Of a stretch of DNA of 64,000 nt, positions 32,638 to 44,802 are shown one piece after another. Position numbers and translations under genes: made by a program. The stretch is from Macrostomum lignano (taxonomy: Eukaryota), in contig NIVC01001700.1 in the NCBI GenBank assembly GCA_002269645.1, positions 201,923 through 265,922 on the forward strand. Reading direction: 5' to 3'. Every line of letters starts with the position of its first letter. Position 1 is the first letter of the stretch. The notes beneath the pieces were generated by a model, which was not told the origin of the DNA, ran no database searches, and saw nothing but the letters and a program-made list of their open reading frames with translations.

Positions 32638-33472
32638 ATGGCATCTAGTCGGCGTTCAAAGGCTGTGCATTCTGAAATAAAAATGGAGACGGCTGCCGAC
32701 TCCGCTGACGAAGGGCTTCGATACGACAATGTGCGCTGCTCTGAGCTGCGCGTCAAAGGCTTCGTGCTGATTGGTGGCAGGCCGTGCAAAATTGTGGAGA
32801 TGAGCAGCTCCAAAACTGGTAAGTCTAGAAAGGACTTTTAAGATGTACAAGTGTAGCACGTACGTGTTTCTATGCTCGTAGAATTAAAAAAATGTACATG
32901 CACAAGGAAGGAGTCTAAGACAGTACGTGGTGCTGTACCTGCATGCAGTGTATATGTATGGCTCTTATGACATAAAGGGTTACAGTTACACATAAAATTG
33001 CGTGAAATCATACAAATTTTCTAAATTCCTAAATTTATGTGTAGACTTATTAAATTTTCACAACCCAAACGCGTATGGTATGTATGTATGTATATAAATT
33101 TCAGGAAAGCATGGTAGCTGCAAAATTCATCTAGTTGCAATTGACGTGTTCACTGGGAAGAAGCGCGTCACGGCGTATACCAGTAGTGACGTTGTTCAGG
33201 TGCCATTGGTTGAGAAGCGCGAATGCCAGCTCGTGAGGATTGTCATGAACAATGACGATGATTCCCGAGACCCGGGACAGCTTCTGGTCGCCGAAAAGTC
33301 TGGTTCAACAGCCACCGTGGGTTTGTGCCCAGATAAAGCGGCCCAGCTTCTTGAAGCTACTCGTCACTGCATTCGGGACGACAACGAGTACCCTGTAATC
33401 GTCACTGTCATGTCTGCAATGGGCGAGGAAGCTGCTGTTGCCGTACGAAGGGCTAGGGAACGCGGAAAATAG
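32638..33472 (+). CDS. EIF5A: Eukaryotic translation initiation factor 5A-like (divergent), 2 exons, 182 aa (167 aa if the ATG at 32683 is used)
   Basis: Exons 32638-32818 and 33105-33472 (GTAAGT...TTCAG, phase 1). The spliced product reads [34 protein letters not shown]...IVTVMSAMGEEAAVAV, matching the eIF5A family. Confidence 0.92.
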
Positions 33473-34192
33473 TCCCGATCCCCAAAATTGGATCGATTCG
33501 ATTATGACAACATGATTGAGTGAAAAAACTTTTTTATGAAAGGTATAATTAATGTATTCTACTGTTTTTTTTATCCAACGTGTAACACCCATCTCGTAAA
33601 CCAACTGAAAAATTCACTGTATCAAGGAATTGTATACGAGGCACACCTTATATGCTAAAAATAAACCTTTATACCGAATGTCTGAAAATACATTGCAGTG
33701 TAGTTACCCACCCCAATCACCCAGCGATAAGAAAAGAATATCACCGAAATACTACCAAATAAAAAATCGTTGTTATCGTAAGCATCATCTTTTGGAGAAA
33801 TAAAAGCGCAAAAATTAAATTCTCTGTTTTGTCTAAGCAAAAATTATGTTCTTTTAAATTGGAATAATAAACAAAATATAGTTTCTTAGACCTTTGTATT
33901 GGCCAGAAATTAAGGCTGTCTAGCCTGAGCCACTTTATTACTACTATTAAAACTATACAAGCAATTTAATGTATCCATATACACATGAGTATTTTTTACT
34001 AAGTAATAACTAAAATGAATAGTGCATATGCATAGTATCCATTTGCTTAATTGCTAAAACCATCTCTTTTTAAAAATATTTGTAAAGGAATATTATAAGA
34101 CCGAATTGGCCGAAGAGGTTTTTTGCCTGAACCTGAACCAAATATGTGCTGCACAACCCACCACTGATATTCTAATTTAAAAGTACATGATG

Positions 34193-34385
34193 CAGTAGCG
34201 CAACCAGAAATTTGTTGAGGGGGCGGGTTTTAGAATCTAGAGGGTAAAGATCCAGGGGGGGGGGTGCGGCTCTGTATTTTGGCAAAAATTCGCTTGGTCC
34301 CCCCTTTCATTTTTCTCTGGTCTGGTCCACCTAAAGAGGGGGGCGATCGCCCCTCCCGCCACCCTGCCCCCTGGTTGCGCCACTG
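34193..34385. mobile_element. Short hAT-like MITE (CAGTGGCG-type termini)
   Basis: TIRs CAGTAGCGCAACCAG and CTGGTTGCGCCACTG match at 14/15 positions. The interior has G/C runs. No clean TSD was found. Confidence 0.6.
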
Positions 34386-35718
34386 AGTACTATGTATATT
34401 AGTCAATAGGTAGCAAGCTTACTAAATCCAGTAGTTTACCTTTTACAATATTATTTAGTTACTTTAATCACCATGAAATGGTATTGTTAAAATTGGAAAT
34501 TGCATCATAATGCCAGTGACATAATGGAATTTAAAAAATAGATTTGGCTAGCTGAAGTGTTGCAGCTGGCTATTCTTCTATCCTTAATAAGACTATCATA
34601 CAGATGCCACCAAAGTTGTTGTAGGGGTTAGTTCTACCCTCTAAAATAAGTCTCACTGCTAAGCCACCAAGCTGGGCTAGGGCTATACTCTCTCCTTTAG
34701 TTAAATCCAAAAAACGGCCACCAAAGTTTCTTAGAATCGGTCTGCGTATATTCTTATAGTATATATTTGAGTAATTGTCTGAGTAGTGAGTATATGTCTG
34801 AGTATCTGTCTGAGTATATACCTACGCATTTGTTGCCCTTTATGGTAGCCTTCCTATTCTGTACTGGTAGCGTTCCATGTAAATCTGGCCTGATGCGGTA
34901 TTCTACTGCATGGTATTTGTACTGCATGCATGATCTTTCCAGTCCTGGGCGAAATGAGGGTCACGAAGTATATATGGTCTGGGATCTACTTCGTTTCACT
35001 TTGAATTGGCTTTTCTATTTATCAGTAGTATATACGGTATATGCTCTTTCTACTTCACTCTCGGAAAATTACTGTCGGAATCACTTCTTAATATTTACTC
35101 GGAACCACAGAGTTCTCGGAACTCCTAATAGATTTGCTCAACTAGCCAGTAAAGGCTGAAGGCTGATTCGAAGCTCGAAACGAGTTGTCTTCTCCTCGCT
35201 GAAAATCGCGTCCATTTGTACTAAAATTTCAGTTCCTTTAAAAAAAAACAATTACGAAATTTAAAATACATGTATTAAAAAACAAAATGTTTTTCTTAGA
35301 AACGCGCAGATTTGAAATTGCATAGAAATTTAGATTTGTCGCCTAAAAAAGATAACTAAGAATGCATTATATTAATGCAGAAGCTAATTATTAAGAAGAT
35401 CATATAAAAAATAAAAGTTTTCATCCATTTATCCATTAAAGCTTTAGTTTTAGAATTAACATATTAGAGATTTATATAGGATATAGGATTCGATATCTTG
35501 ATCATAAATCCAAACAGCCGTTTAAATATTAACCAAAATGAACTTATCTAATAGATTAGAGTATAGTGCTCCAACTCCAACCAAACAATTGCAGTTTCCC
35601 GCGTTAAATTATTTTTCGTAAAATTATGCGATATTAATGTATTGCAGGGAAGTATTATGGATTGTTAAGTGTCACAAAGCTAAAAGTTAAAAAAAGAAGT
35701 TAAAAGTTCACTTTACTT

Positions 35719-35943
35719 TTAGCGTTGATAATAATGCTGTATCCAGTGCAAAATATTTCCAAATTGCTTCTCCGGAAAAACACGTCGCCACATGAATTCG
35801 CCAAGGTGAGCCTTGCCAAGGTGATCTGTAATAGGCCTAATGCGGGTGCCTAGCAACATGTAGCTGTTGATGATGGGTAGTAGACTATGCACAGAGCAAT
35901 CTGGAACAACTTCTATCATACACCAGTTGGACCCTCGTTCCAC
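35719..35943 (-). pseudogene. Internally deleted Merlin/IS1595(ISXO2)-like DDE transposase remnant
   Basis: ERGSNWCMIEVVPDCSVHSLLPIINSYMLLGTRI and HLGEFMWRRVF...FGNILHWIQHYY resemble the central and C-terminal motifs of eukaryotic ISXO2-like transposases, with the catalytic middle missing. Recognised from memory; no search was run. Confidence 0.6.
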
Positions 35944-36258
35944 TATACTGAAATAAAGGCAAATTTAAATGAAAAATTATTTGATGTGGAAAACTGAATT
36001 TATGTCAATCAATTAATGAATTATATAGGCCTAATTTCTATATTTTATCTATATTTTATCTAGTCATGTCTTGACTAAGTTAAAGGCAAAAAATTATTGC
36101 CTAATTTAAATATTTGCACTGGACTGCTACAATAAAAATCCTTATATAGACCAAAAAAAGTGTAAAATTTAAAGTTAAAAATTGAGTTTAGTAGGTAGCT
36201 TTAAGCCTATTATATATAAATTTTAGAGCCCTTTGGTATTGGCCTTAAAATTAAAAAA

Positions 36259-36854
36259 AGGCAGTGCTTATCCCCACGGTACCGTAGGAATAATTTCTAT
36301 GTTATTCCAACGGTACCATGGGGATAATTTTCTGCTTATCCACACGGCACACTGACGAGATAGCTGCCCCATCTTCTACATATGCCGTGGGTTCATAATT
36401 TAGTTTAGTACTTACGGTTTGAGTGCAGTATAACAACATAACTTTGCTTGGCCATTATTTTTATAGAAGTAAAGATTTAATGGCCTTTTTACGCAAAAAA
36501 AACTTTTTTTTGTATTTGTGACGTATGATTTAAGATGAATTGCTCTAGTAATTGTTTACAATTTAAGAACTTTTAGCAACTAGTCTAATCCCGACATCCC
36601 CGAAAAGTCCATTTCTGCTGCTACTGTAGACTTCTTACTAGACATGTAAATTCTCAATTTGTTTGTATAGATTATTTCATTGCTTCAACAATTCACCCGT
36701 GCGGATAAGCAGAAAATTATTCCCACGGCATATGTAGAAGATGGGGCAGCTATCTCGTCAATGTGCCGTGCGGATAAGCAGAAAATTATCCCCACGGTAC
36801 CGTTGGAATAAGACAGAAATTATTCCTACGGTACCGTGGGGATAAGCACTGCCT
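36259..36854. mobile_element. Non-autonomous DNA transposon (MITE) with about 133-bp terminal inverted repeats
   Basis: 36259-36391 is a near-perfect reverse complement of 36722-36854 (AGGCAGTGCTTATCCCCACGGTACCG...). An apparent 8-bp TSD TTAAAAAA flanks it. Confidence 0.85.
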
Positions 36855-38359
36855 TTAAAAAATATCAAAATTAGTATTACTGTTCTAGGTCTATTTCAAT
36901 TTTCTATATATTAATTATCCTTTGTTTTATATAAGCCTAGACCTACTTTGCATTATTAATATTTCATTGATTTAAATCTAGGTTTCTATCAAAAACATAT
37001 GATTAAAGTCACTTTAATTATTTATAGGATCTGCTTTATATTTATATATAACTTATATATAGCAAATAAGGATATAATATTTAACATGTATTTAATAATA
37101 TACCATGCATTTTAATGTATCACAAAACTTAAAATTTAATTTTGACCAGGTAAGAACAAAATAGCTATAGCTATGAAGTATAAAATTTCAAACAATAAAG
37201 ATTTTACTTAAATCTAATCAGTAATCTACTAAAGACAATAACAATTGAAATTTTATCTAAAAAGTATAAGTATTCTTAATAAGATTAAAAAGCTACTATA
37301 TTTGAGAATACACAGTAAATTCTAGCTTAGCCTTAGTATTGACTTTTAAGTGACAAAATTTATGCCATGCAACACACAGTTAGACTAAGTAAAGAAGGAT
37401 TAAGAAAAATTAAAGGTGAAGATTAGATGGGTTGAAGCTTTATCCAGTTTTCATTGTTTTTTTTTCAAATATTTTTTAATATCAAAATAGTTGGCTAGGT
37501 GATAGACACTAGTCAAAAGACACTGCTCATTGGAGCAAAAGTTGGCAACTTGTCAATGTTGCTAAGTATATATTAAATAAGCTTGAACAATATTATTAGC
37601 CAATAATACTAATATGCAATTTATATTTTGCTAATAGCCATTGTCCTAATTGTAATTAGTCCTTAATCCCTAATAAATTAAGTCTTATTCTTTTACTCTT
37701 ATTCTTATATAGAGATCCCTTCTAAACATAATTCTAAATGCTTTTAGACCATATTCCAGATCATGCTAAGTGTATATTAGAATGCCTCAAATCAAATTCA
37801 CAAATGTATAACAATACTAAGCAGATGCATACCAATACCAACACAATAGACTTGAAAGGAGAGAGATTGTGCACCAATGGACTAAGGGGGATTTTGTGCC
37901 AATAGACCAGTGGCAGGAAATTGTGTACCTTTCATAAGCAATCATATATGCGATGCAAGATTTTAGAATGCATCCTAGAAAATCCATGGATTGATTTTCT
38001 TCTTGGATTAAATATTTATTAAGACTTAATCATCTTTTTTCAAGGATAAGACATAGTAATAAGGGTAGTTGTATTCAGAAATGGGCAAAGCTGGGTTTGG
38101 CAAAAAGTGACAAAAGTTGGGCTTGGGATAAGAAAGAACAAGAAAAGGGATAATTGAAAATATTATGTCAACTTAAGCTAATAAGGTTGAGTCCCTTACC
38201 TTAACCTTAATTATTATTAAGGTAGAGCCAAACCTAGTTTCCTGGTGTCACTATGAACAGAATAGATGTATTATTTGTGTACATAGGTCAAGGTCACTCG
38301 GGCTCCACTTTATGAGCTTAAGTTGACAGGCCCTACTCTTGAAAACTCTTATATTTAAC

Positions 38360-38783
38360 CAGTGCCGCAAATGTGCAAATAATGTGCAAGACCCTAAATT
38401 TCTGTGCAAATCAGACTTATTTTTGGATTGCTGACAATCTGGCAGTAGCAAAATGGTCAATTCCGCTTCAAATAATGATACATTGATATTTCACTTGCCA
38501 GTTATGGCTGATCTTTGTTTGCACTTAAAATTAAACACACAATTTTCACACAATTTTTTTATTTTTAAGCATTAAGCATTTAATTTATTTAGGAAAGAGT
38601 TTTTAGGGATTCGAAAGTTTAAAAAGTTGTGACTGCGAAAAAGTTATGACAAGAAAAAAAGGACGTTGGACTGAATTTCTTCATTTGTTTCTTCATTTCA
38701 CTAACAACAATCAGCTTAGGCTTCTACCTGCGCAAATTTTTTTACTCTGCGCAAAAATATTTTTTTTGTGAGTGGCAGCACTG
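38360..38783. mobile_element. MITE with CAGTG termini and a 10-bp TSD, immediately upstream of KEAP1
   Basis: Termini are CAGTGCCGC and GCAGCACTG. TATATTTAAC is duplicated at 38350-38359 and 38784-38793. Subterminal TG(T/C)GCAAA repeats are present. Confidence 0.7.
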
Positions 38784-38830
38784 TATATTTAACCTAAAAT
38801 CTTTCTACGTGTATTGCAGCTAGAAGCGCA

Positions 38831-38890
38831 GTAAGTCTTATTTGTTCAATTCTACTCATTCAATAGCTATCAAAGCTTGCAAATTTCAAG
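38831..38890 (+). other. Probable 60-bp 5'UTR intron of KEAP1
   Basis: GTAAGT at 38831 and TTTCAAG ending at 38890, 16 nt before the ATG. Confidence 0.5.
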
Positions 38891-38906
38891 CGGCCCCCTA
38901 GCAACA

Positions 38907-41900
38907 ATGGATGGCGAGGACTATCCGCAGTGCAGTCTGGAGTCTGGCTCTGGCAGCTCTGGTGCTGCGGCCGCCGCTGCAGCCGCTGCTGCCGCTGCCG
39001 CCGCTGCCGCTGTCGCTGCCAGCAGTCACGGTGGCGGCGCGGCTCCAGCGGTGTTCCAGCAGCACAAGGAGCATCTAGCCGAGACATTTGCCGCTATGTA
39101 CGCTTTGTACGAGTCTGGCCAGCTCAGCGACGTTGCTCTGCTAGTTGAGGGCGAGCGCCTGCCCTGTCACAAGATTGTGCTCGCGTCCGCTTCGCCCTAC
39201 TTCCGAGCCATGTTCACTGGTGGACTACGCGAAGCTGCAATGTCTGAGGTGAGGAGCACTGGAGTTGTTGAAATGGTGCATCTTGGGAAACTTCAAGTTC
39301 AGAGGGACATTGTGGGTAGCAACACCCATGTATGAATAAAATCTATTGTATAGATTCCTTAATGGCATCTGAATAGTCTTGACTGAAATCACCTACCAAC
39401 TAACACTGTATGTGACCTTGAGGTTTCCCTAATGACAAAAAGTCCTAACGATCACAATCCATCAAGCTGTACATTCCCCGATCACAAACAATCAAGCTGT
39501 TCATTCCCCGATCACAATCCATCAAGCTGTACATTCCCCGATCACAATCCATCAAGCTGTTCATTCCCCGATCACAATCCATCAAGCTGTACATTCCCCG
39601 ATCACAATCCATCAAGCTGTACATTTCCCGATCACAAACCATCAAGCTGTACATTCCCCGATCACAATCCATCAAGCTGTACATTCCCCGATCACAAACC
39701 ACCAAACTGTACATTCCCAGATCACAAACCATTAAGCTGTACATTCCCCGATCACAAACCATCAAGCTGTACATTCCCCGATCACAAACCATCAAGCTGT
39801 ACATTCCCCGATCACAAACCATCAAGCTGTACATTCCCCAATCACATATAATCAAGCTGTACATTCCCCGAACACAAACCACCAAACTGTACATTCCCAG
39901 ATCACAAACCATTAAGCTGTACATTCCCCGATCACAAACCATCAAGCTGTATATTCCCCGAACACAAACCATCAAGCTGTACATTCCCCGATCACAAACC
40001 ATCAAGCTGTATATTCCCCGAACACAAACCATCAAGCTGTACATTCCCGAACACAAACCACCAAGCTGTACATTCCCCAATCACAAACCATTAAGCTGTA
40101 CATTCCCCGATCACAAACTATCAAGCTGTACATTCCCCGAACACAAACCACCAAACTGTACATTCCCAGATCACAAACCATTAAGCTGTACATTCCCCGA
40201 TCACAAACCATCAAGCTGTACATTCCCCGATCACAAACCATCAAGCTGTACATTCCCCGATCACAAACCACCAAGCTGTACATTCCCCGATCACAATCCA
40301 TCAAGCTGTACATTCCCAGATAGTCTGATATCAATTCAACACCTCAAATAAACAGGCAATGTGTACATCTAAGTCAATGCCGCACACTGAAACATTCCAG
40401 GTCCGATTGCACGGCGTCAAAGCTTCAGTTCTACGCCAGCTTCTTAGCTTCATCTACACTGGCGAAGTTCGCCTGACCCCATCAAACGTTTGCGACTTGC
40501 TGCCGGCCGCTACAATGCTGCAGTTGGCCTGCGTGACCAGGGCCTGCTGCCAGTACCTGCTGGCCCAGCTGCACCCCACCAACTGCCTGGGCATTCACCA
40601 GTTCGCCGTCACCCACGGCGCCTCCGAGTTGGCGCGCGATGCCGACAAATTTATTGAGAGACACTTCTGCGAGCTGGCCGGGCACGAGGAGTTCCTTGAG
40701 CTGTCCGATCGGTCGCTGGCACGAATTCTCGCCTGCGATCGGCTGCACGTGCGGACTGAGGCGGACGTGTTTAGCGCCCTGGTGCGCTGGGTGCATCATA
40801 ACAGGCCTGCCAGGTGCGCGGGTTTAGCTATGGCTTCCGGGAGGAGGGGGGGGGGTCAAACGCGTCTGGCTCTTGCACCACGACCCATCCCGATCCCGAT
40901 GAAAACGGTACATAGGCCAAGAAGCGCCCCAGAGTCGCTTGCGTCGCCCCAGAGTCGCTCGCGTCGCCCCAGAGTCTCTTGCGTCGCAGATGACACAGGT
41001 AAACTAGGAAACAAGGGACTCTAAACGATACTAAAACGACGAGATGTCACGGTAAAAGTCTTCAAAGAGTTGACTCTGAAACGATTCTGGAGCGGTAAAG
41101 TCGTATTATTTGAGGCGTGCTAGAATCGCTGTAAAGTTACACAAAGTTACACAATAAACAGTCAGTATAGCCTTTTGAACTCTAATTGCACTCTAACTAG
41201 CCTACTTAGTTAGTAGAAAATGAAGCGTTAACACAACGATTCTTGGACGACTCTTTCGCGATTCTACACAAGAGTCACTAGAGAGTTGTTTGCAACGACT
41301 TTTTAGGGATTCTTGTCCCGGTAACTTTTTGAACGGGCATGAGGGCCAACGCCCAAGGCACTGAGAGACAGTGTACATGCATTACCATTAGAAAGTCAGG
41401 ACCGCTGTACACCCTGTGTGAGCGTGTGTACAGTATTGGCGCTTTTATGTGTGCTCCGGAGTAGAATTGATATATAGCATGCAAGCCCAATGTCTAGTGG
41501 TTGTGTGTGGTTGGTTAGAGCGTCTGGCTCAACTTGAAGGTCGGGGGTTCGATTCCTGATCCTACTCGGAACAATTTGTGTCCTTGAGCAAGGCACTTAA
41601 CTCCTGCATTGCTTCAGTTCACCCAGCTGTAAAATGGGTGCCAGCATTAGCTGGGGTAATTGAGGCTGTGTGTGGCGATCCCTCAGTCCTTGGACTGAAC
41701 AGCCGTACGGAGCCTTCAGATGCACCGCGCAATAGCTGCGGCTGAGCTGTCGGTTGCACATCTGCCCATTAGGTCAGGTGTATTCAATTATTATTATTAT
41801 TACTCAATGTCTAAAGTGCTTATTAGCTTTATTATACATTCCTACTCTTCTATTCAAGGTCTCGCCATCTAGTTAGTCGCCATTTTCTCCCCCCCCCTGC

Positions 41901-44697
41901 AGATCCCCTCTCCTTCCGGACCTGCTCCCTCTCGTGCGCTGCCACGCGCTCTCCCCGGACTTCATCGATCGGCAGTTGCGCAACTGCGCCCTGCTGCGCG
42001 AGCAGCCCCGCGCTCGCGAGATCCTGGCCGCCGCTCACGCCAGCCTGCTGTCGCACCGGCGAGTTGACCCGAACCGGCGCCAGTCGCCGCTGAACTCGGT
42101 AATCTACGCCGCTGGCGGCTATTACCGGTACTCGCTGCGCACATTCGAATGCCTCAGCTTGGACACGATGCGCTGGGAGCGCCTGCCGGACCTCGCCAAT
42201 CCCCGCTCAGGCCTGGCCGCCGTGTCAGTTCGCGGCTGCGTCTACCTGATCGGCGGCCGGAACAATCACGAGAGCGGCAACTCGGACGCCGCCTGCCTGG
42301 AGGTGTTCGATCCGGCCGCTGGCCAGGGCCAATCCCGTTGGCACCGGTGCGCGCCCATGTCCGTGTCGCGCAATCGAGTGGCTGTTGGCGTTATTGACGA
42401 TAAAATCTACGCTGTTGGCGGCGCATCTCAGTCGCAGTCGCATTGCAGCGCCGAGAGGTTTGTGATGTCTGTCCGTCTTGTTAGGCTTGCTTATAGCTTA
42501 TCACAAATTGGCTCTGACAGCTTCCACATTTCTGTGAACAGATTCCAAATCCCCGTGAAGAGCTCCCAGATCCTGTAAAAAGGTCCCAGATCCCCGTAAA
42601 CAGCTCCCAGATCCCTGTAAATAGCTCCCAGGTCCCAGATCACCGTGAACAGTTCCTAGATCCCTGTGAACAGCTTTCAGACCCTGTGATCAGCTTCCAG
42701 ATCCCTGTGAACAGCTCCTAGATCCCTTTGAACAGCTTTCGAACCCTGTGAACAGCTTTCATATCCCTGTGAACAGCTCCCAGATCCCTGTAAACAGCTT
42801 ACAGATCCCTGTGAACAGCTTCCAGATCCATGTGAACAGCTCCTAGATCCATGTGAACAGCTTTCGGACCCATGAACAGCTCCAAAATCCCCGTTAACAG
42901 CTCCCAGATCCCCGTGAACAGCTTACAGATCCCTTTGAACAGCTTCCAGATCCATGTGAACAGCTCCCAGTTCCCTGTGAATAGCTTACAGATCCCTGTG
43001 AACAGCTCCCAGATCCCTGTGAACAGCTCCCAGATCCCTGTGAACAGCTTTCGGACCCATGAACAGCTCCCAAATCCCCGGTAACAGCTTTCAGACCCTG
43101 TGAACAGCTCTCAGATCCCTGTGAACAGCTTTCGGACCCATGAACAGCTCCCAAATCCCCGTAAATAGCTCCTAGATCACCGTGAACAGTTCCTAGATCC
43201 ATGTGAACAGCTTTCAGACCGTGTGATCAGCTCCCAGATCCCTGTGAACAACTCCCAGATCCAGCTTTCAGCTCCCAGATCCAGCTTTCAGATCCCATGT
43301 GAACAGCTCTCAGATCCCTGTGAACAGCTTTCGGACCCATGAAAAGCTCCCAAATCCCCGTTAACAGCTTTCAGACCCCGTGAACAGCTCTCAGATCTTA
43401 TGTGAACAGCTCTCAGATCCCTGTGAACAGCTTTCGGACCCATGAACAGCTCCCAAATCCCCGTTAACAGCTTTCAGACCCTGTGAACAGCTCTCAGATC
43501 TTATGTGAACAGCTCCCAGATCCCTGTGAACAGCTTTCGGACCCATGAACAGCTCCCAAATCTCCGTTAACAGCTTTCAGACCCTGTGAACAGCTCTCAG
43601 ATCCCTGTGAACAGCTTTCGGACCCATGAACAGCTCCCAAATCCCCGTTAACAGCTTTCAGACCCTGTGAACAGCTCCCAGATCCCTGTGAACAGCTTTC
43701 GGACCCATGAACAGCTCCCAAATCTCCGTTAACAGCTTTCAGACCCTGTGAACAGCTCTCAGATCCCTGTGAACAGCTTTCGGACCCATGAACAGCTCCC
43801 AAATCCCCGTTAACAGCTTTCAGACCCTGTGAACAGCTCTCAGATCCCTGTGAACAGCTTCCGGACCCATAAACAGCTCCCAAATCCCCGTTAACAGCTT
43901 TCAGACCCTGTGAACAGCTCTCAGATCCCTGTGAACAGCTTTCAGACCTTGTGCATAGCTCCCAGATTACCTCATGTATTGCTCAAAAATCCAAGATCCT
44001 CGGTCGCCGCCTCAATCCCAGATAATCAAGCGCCATTCCAATCCGGGATTCTTAGGCGCCACCTCAAAATGCCAGTTCCTTAGTTATTTCAGGTGTTACT
44101 GAGGCGAACACTGCCGTCATACTTGTATAAAAGTCTCAACTCTCAAGCAGTTAATGTCCATATTTATCCATTCCCAGGTACGACCCGGACTCCGACCAGT
44201 GGCTGCCGATCGCCCCAATGCGCCAGGCCCGCATAGGCCTCGGTGTCGCAGTTGTCGATCGTCTACTGTACGCAGTCGGCGGCTTCGACGGCTGCCAGCG
44301 GCTCAGCTCAGTTGAGCGCTACTGGCCTGAGGACGATCGTTGGGAGCCGGCCGCGGCCATGACGCAGCCACGCAGCGGCGCCGGAGTCGTAGCCGTCGGC
44401 AAGTACATCTACGCCATCGGCGGATACGATTCGCGCCAGCAATTGCGCACAGTTGAACGCCTGGACACAGAGGCCAACCAATGGCAGGCCTGCGCTCCGA
44501 TGCTGCGACCGCGCAGCGCTCTGGCCGCCGTTTCCGTTGACGACTGCGTTTGGGTGTTCGGCGGCTACGATGGATACGAGTTCGTGTCCTCTGTTGAGGT
44601 CTACTGTCCGCGCACCGACTCCTGGACAGAGCGGGAGCCCATGAGCTGCGGCAAGAGCGGCCACGGTGTCTGCCTAGGCGTGGCACCGCCAGTGTAG
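38907..44697 (+). CDS. KEAP1: Kelch-like ECH-associated protein 1 orthologue (BTB-BACK-6xKelch), 4 coding exons, about 609 aa
   Basis: Exons 38907-39248, 40401-40813, 41903-42457, 44178-44697, with compatible phases. KEAP1-diagnostic segments include VRCHALSPDFIDRQLRNC, PRSGLAAVSVRGCVYLIGGRNN, CAPMSVSRNRVAVGVIDDKIYAVGG and RIGLGVAVVDRLLYAVGGFDG. Confidence 0.93.
39445..40320. repeat. 30-bp minisatellite, about 29 copies (KEAP1 intron 1)
   Basis: Unit TACATTCCCCGATCACAAACCATCAAGCTG. Confidence 0.95.
41497..41804 (+). mobile_element. tRNA-derived SINE in KEAP1 intron 2
   Basis: A-box-like GTGGTTGGTTAGAGCG, B box GGTTCGATTCC (41546-41556), central GTGTCCTTGAGCAAGGCACTTAAC...CACCCAGCTGTAAAATGGGT, and a (TTA)n tail. 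A 9-bp TSD CAATGTCTA lies at 41488-41496 and 41805-41813. Confidence 0.85.
42533..43965. repeat. Roughly 21-bp complex minisatellite (KEAP1 intron 3)
   Basis: Unit CAGATCCCTGTGAACAGCTCC and variants. Confidence 0.9.
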
Positions 44698-44802
44698 TCC
44701 ATGCTGACGGAGTCTGGTTGTCTCTGTGTACTTTGATTTGATAATCCTGAGTCTGTCACTTTTCTGGAGATGTCCCAGTCTGTACGCTCGTGTTACTCAT
44801 TC

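Noticed and set aside
35150-35195. Hammerhead/Penelope-like CTGAAGG...CGAAAC
   Set aside because: The core deviates from CUGANGA, I could not build convincing stems, and there is no RT/GIY-YIG ORF nearby.
41497-41560. Possible tRNA gene
   Set aside because: No complete cloverleaf or acceptor stem; it is the head of a SINE with a tail and TSD.
38300-44800. Antioxidant response element for KEAP1 autoregulation
   Set aside because: A manual scan found no TGACnnnGC match in the locus. The scan was not exhaustive and a PWM search is needed.
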